Part shown: positions 62,550-64,000 of the stretch, piece by piece
How positions within the stretch are numbered: position 1 is the first letter of the stretch
How the letters are laid out: each line of letters begins with the position of its first letter
From: Octopus bimaculoides
Lineage: Eukaryota
Reading direction: 5' to 3'
Length of the DNA: 64,000 nt
Assembly: GCF_001194135.2 (NCBI RefSeq)
Contig: NC_068989.1
Coordinates: forward strand, 85,721,111-85,785,110
Program-made: the position numbers and the translations under genes
The notes under the pieces: generated by a model
Database searches by the model: none
The model's input: only the letters and a program-made list of their open reading frames with translations
Told to the model about the DNA's origin: nothing

Positions 62550-64000
62550 CGAAACCAATCACCGTAATGGGAGATCAATAACGTTGTCGACTTCGCCGTC
62601 AGTAAAGTTACAGCCAACAGAATAATTTAGAAAACAAAATACAGAAACGTGGAGAGAAGAAAGTAAATGAGTGACTGTACACAGAATATATGAATTGGCG
62701 TGTGACTGTAAGAGGAGTAACTATTTCCAAAGTGGACTTATTGATTCTAAACGGAGTTGAAATTCAAGGGAGATAACTTTATATATTTTCATTTTATTTA
62801 AATATAAAGGTTTATTAAATATGTAGTTTATGTTATTTTTACGGGACAGACAGATAGATTTTATAATGCTCCTGCCTTTTCCGAGATTATTAGTAGCATA
62901 ACCGAATCGAAGGCATTGAAACTTCGAATCGGAATCCGAACACAGAATCGATTACTGCCACATCACTGCACGCACCAGAGGATTAAAGTAACGATATTGA
63001 TTTATTGTTGTTTCTGTTGTTGTTCGGCATAGGGCCAAATTTTGCAAGTGATGGAGAGTACATACAGTCAATTGAATCGACCACATTAGATTAATAATAA
63101 TATTTATTTATCGACTACACAGGATTCAAAGGCAGAGCTGACCCCGGCGGGATTTGAATATAGAAGTGCGTGCGTGTGTGCATGCTCACACATGTGTGCC
63201 TGCGTGTGAGTGTGCGTCAGACATCAAAGTGTATAGTGTTATAAACATTTAGACCAGCTTGCCTTTAACACAGCAATAATATCGATCGCTTACACAGACG
63301 GCACAAAACCCCGGATTTATTGAGAGAGAGAGAAATAGGAGAGGGAGTGATAGGGGGAGGTAATGGGAGTGTGTGACGTGTGTCCCTTTCTCAAGGGCAA
63401 TCATGAAGTGGAGTGAAATGGCTTCATATGAGAATGAAAAGTGGGTCGTGGACTCAGTTAACTGGTGTGGGGGAACTTCACTGCTTGCTATTCTCACACT
63501 GCAGTATTGATTCTCTCTTTTCACTTGGCACAATGCCCCCTCTTTGTAAAAGAAGGAGTGGTGGAAAAAATAAGAGTCTTTAGCCGACTGACTCAATATT
63601 ACTAAATAGGTTTCCCTTGAATCTTGGTGGTGCCTGAACACACACACACACACACATACACATTCTTGCAGCATTTTACTGTGAAGTATAATGTGAATAA
63701 TCACACACACACACATTCTTGTAATGGTATGTGTTTTAAGCAATTCAACTATGATGTACAATGTAAATAACAACAAACACACAAACATATACCAACACAC
63801 ATTCTTTCAGTGGTATGTATTTCAAACAATTCAAAGTGTGGTGTGAATAACCACACACACACACACTATGTTATTCTAGACACACAAACTGTCCATATTT
63901 TGCAACATGGTCAAGTTCTTGTAATCCCCATTACCTTCTCCAATAAATGGCTCTATGCAAAATGTCACTCTACTTCATTTCATGCCACACCAACATTATA

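Noticed and set aside
1-64000. CRISPR array, operon or other prokaryotic system
   Set aside because: No regularly spaced repeat-spacer array; spliceosomal introns and SINEs show the sequence is animal genomic DNA.

Overview
AT-rich, microsatellite- and SINE-dense eukaryotic scaffold with eight N gaps (9617-9763, 15125-16099, 20993-21002, 31223-31750, 35435-35444, 40500-40887, 49781-49814, 57607-58392). The repeat families, the TTAGGG repeats and the clustered single-exon C2H2 genes point to an octopus genome; this is inferred, not database-checked. Three protein-coding genes are supported. (1) A multi-exon PRMT6-like protein arginine methyltransferase on + (11 exons located, 7125-21721). One internal exon is predicted in the 15125-16099 gap, and the start exon was not found. 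(2) ZF1, a 365-aa, 12-finger C2H2 gene on - (27224-28321). (3) ZF2, a 633-aa C2H2 gene on - (42005-43906). The most striking unannotated structures are four. The acidic N-terminal 200 aa of ZF2 is built from seven ~28-aa 'ghost' zinc fingers that have lost their Cys/His ligands. Two non-coding blocks 31 kb apart (30564-30762, 61760-62023) share near-identical motifs and a splice donor, and probably form a duplicated promoter plus first exon for the two ZF genes. Degenerate copies of the PRMT6 THW-loop exon start, with their AG acceptors lost, lie in the intron before that exon. A ~250-bp inverted duplication sits just upstream of the ZF1 promoter module. The rest is tRNA-derived SINEs, TTAA-flanked and other MITEs, an RTE LINE relic and simple repeats. 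SINE boundaries are approximate and only representative copies are listed.
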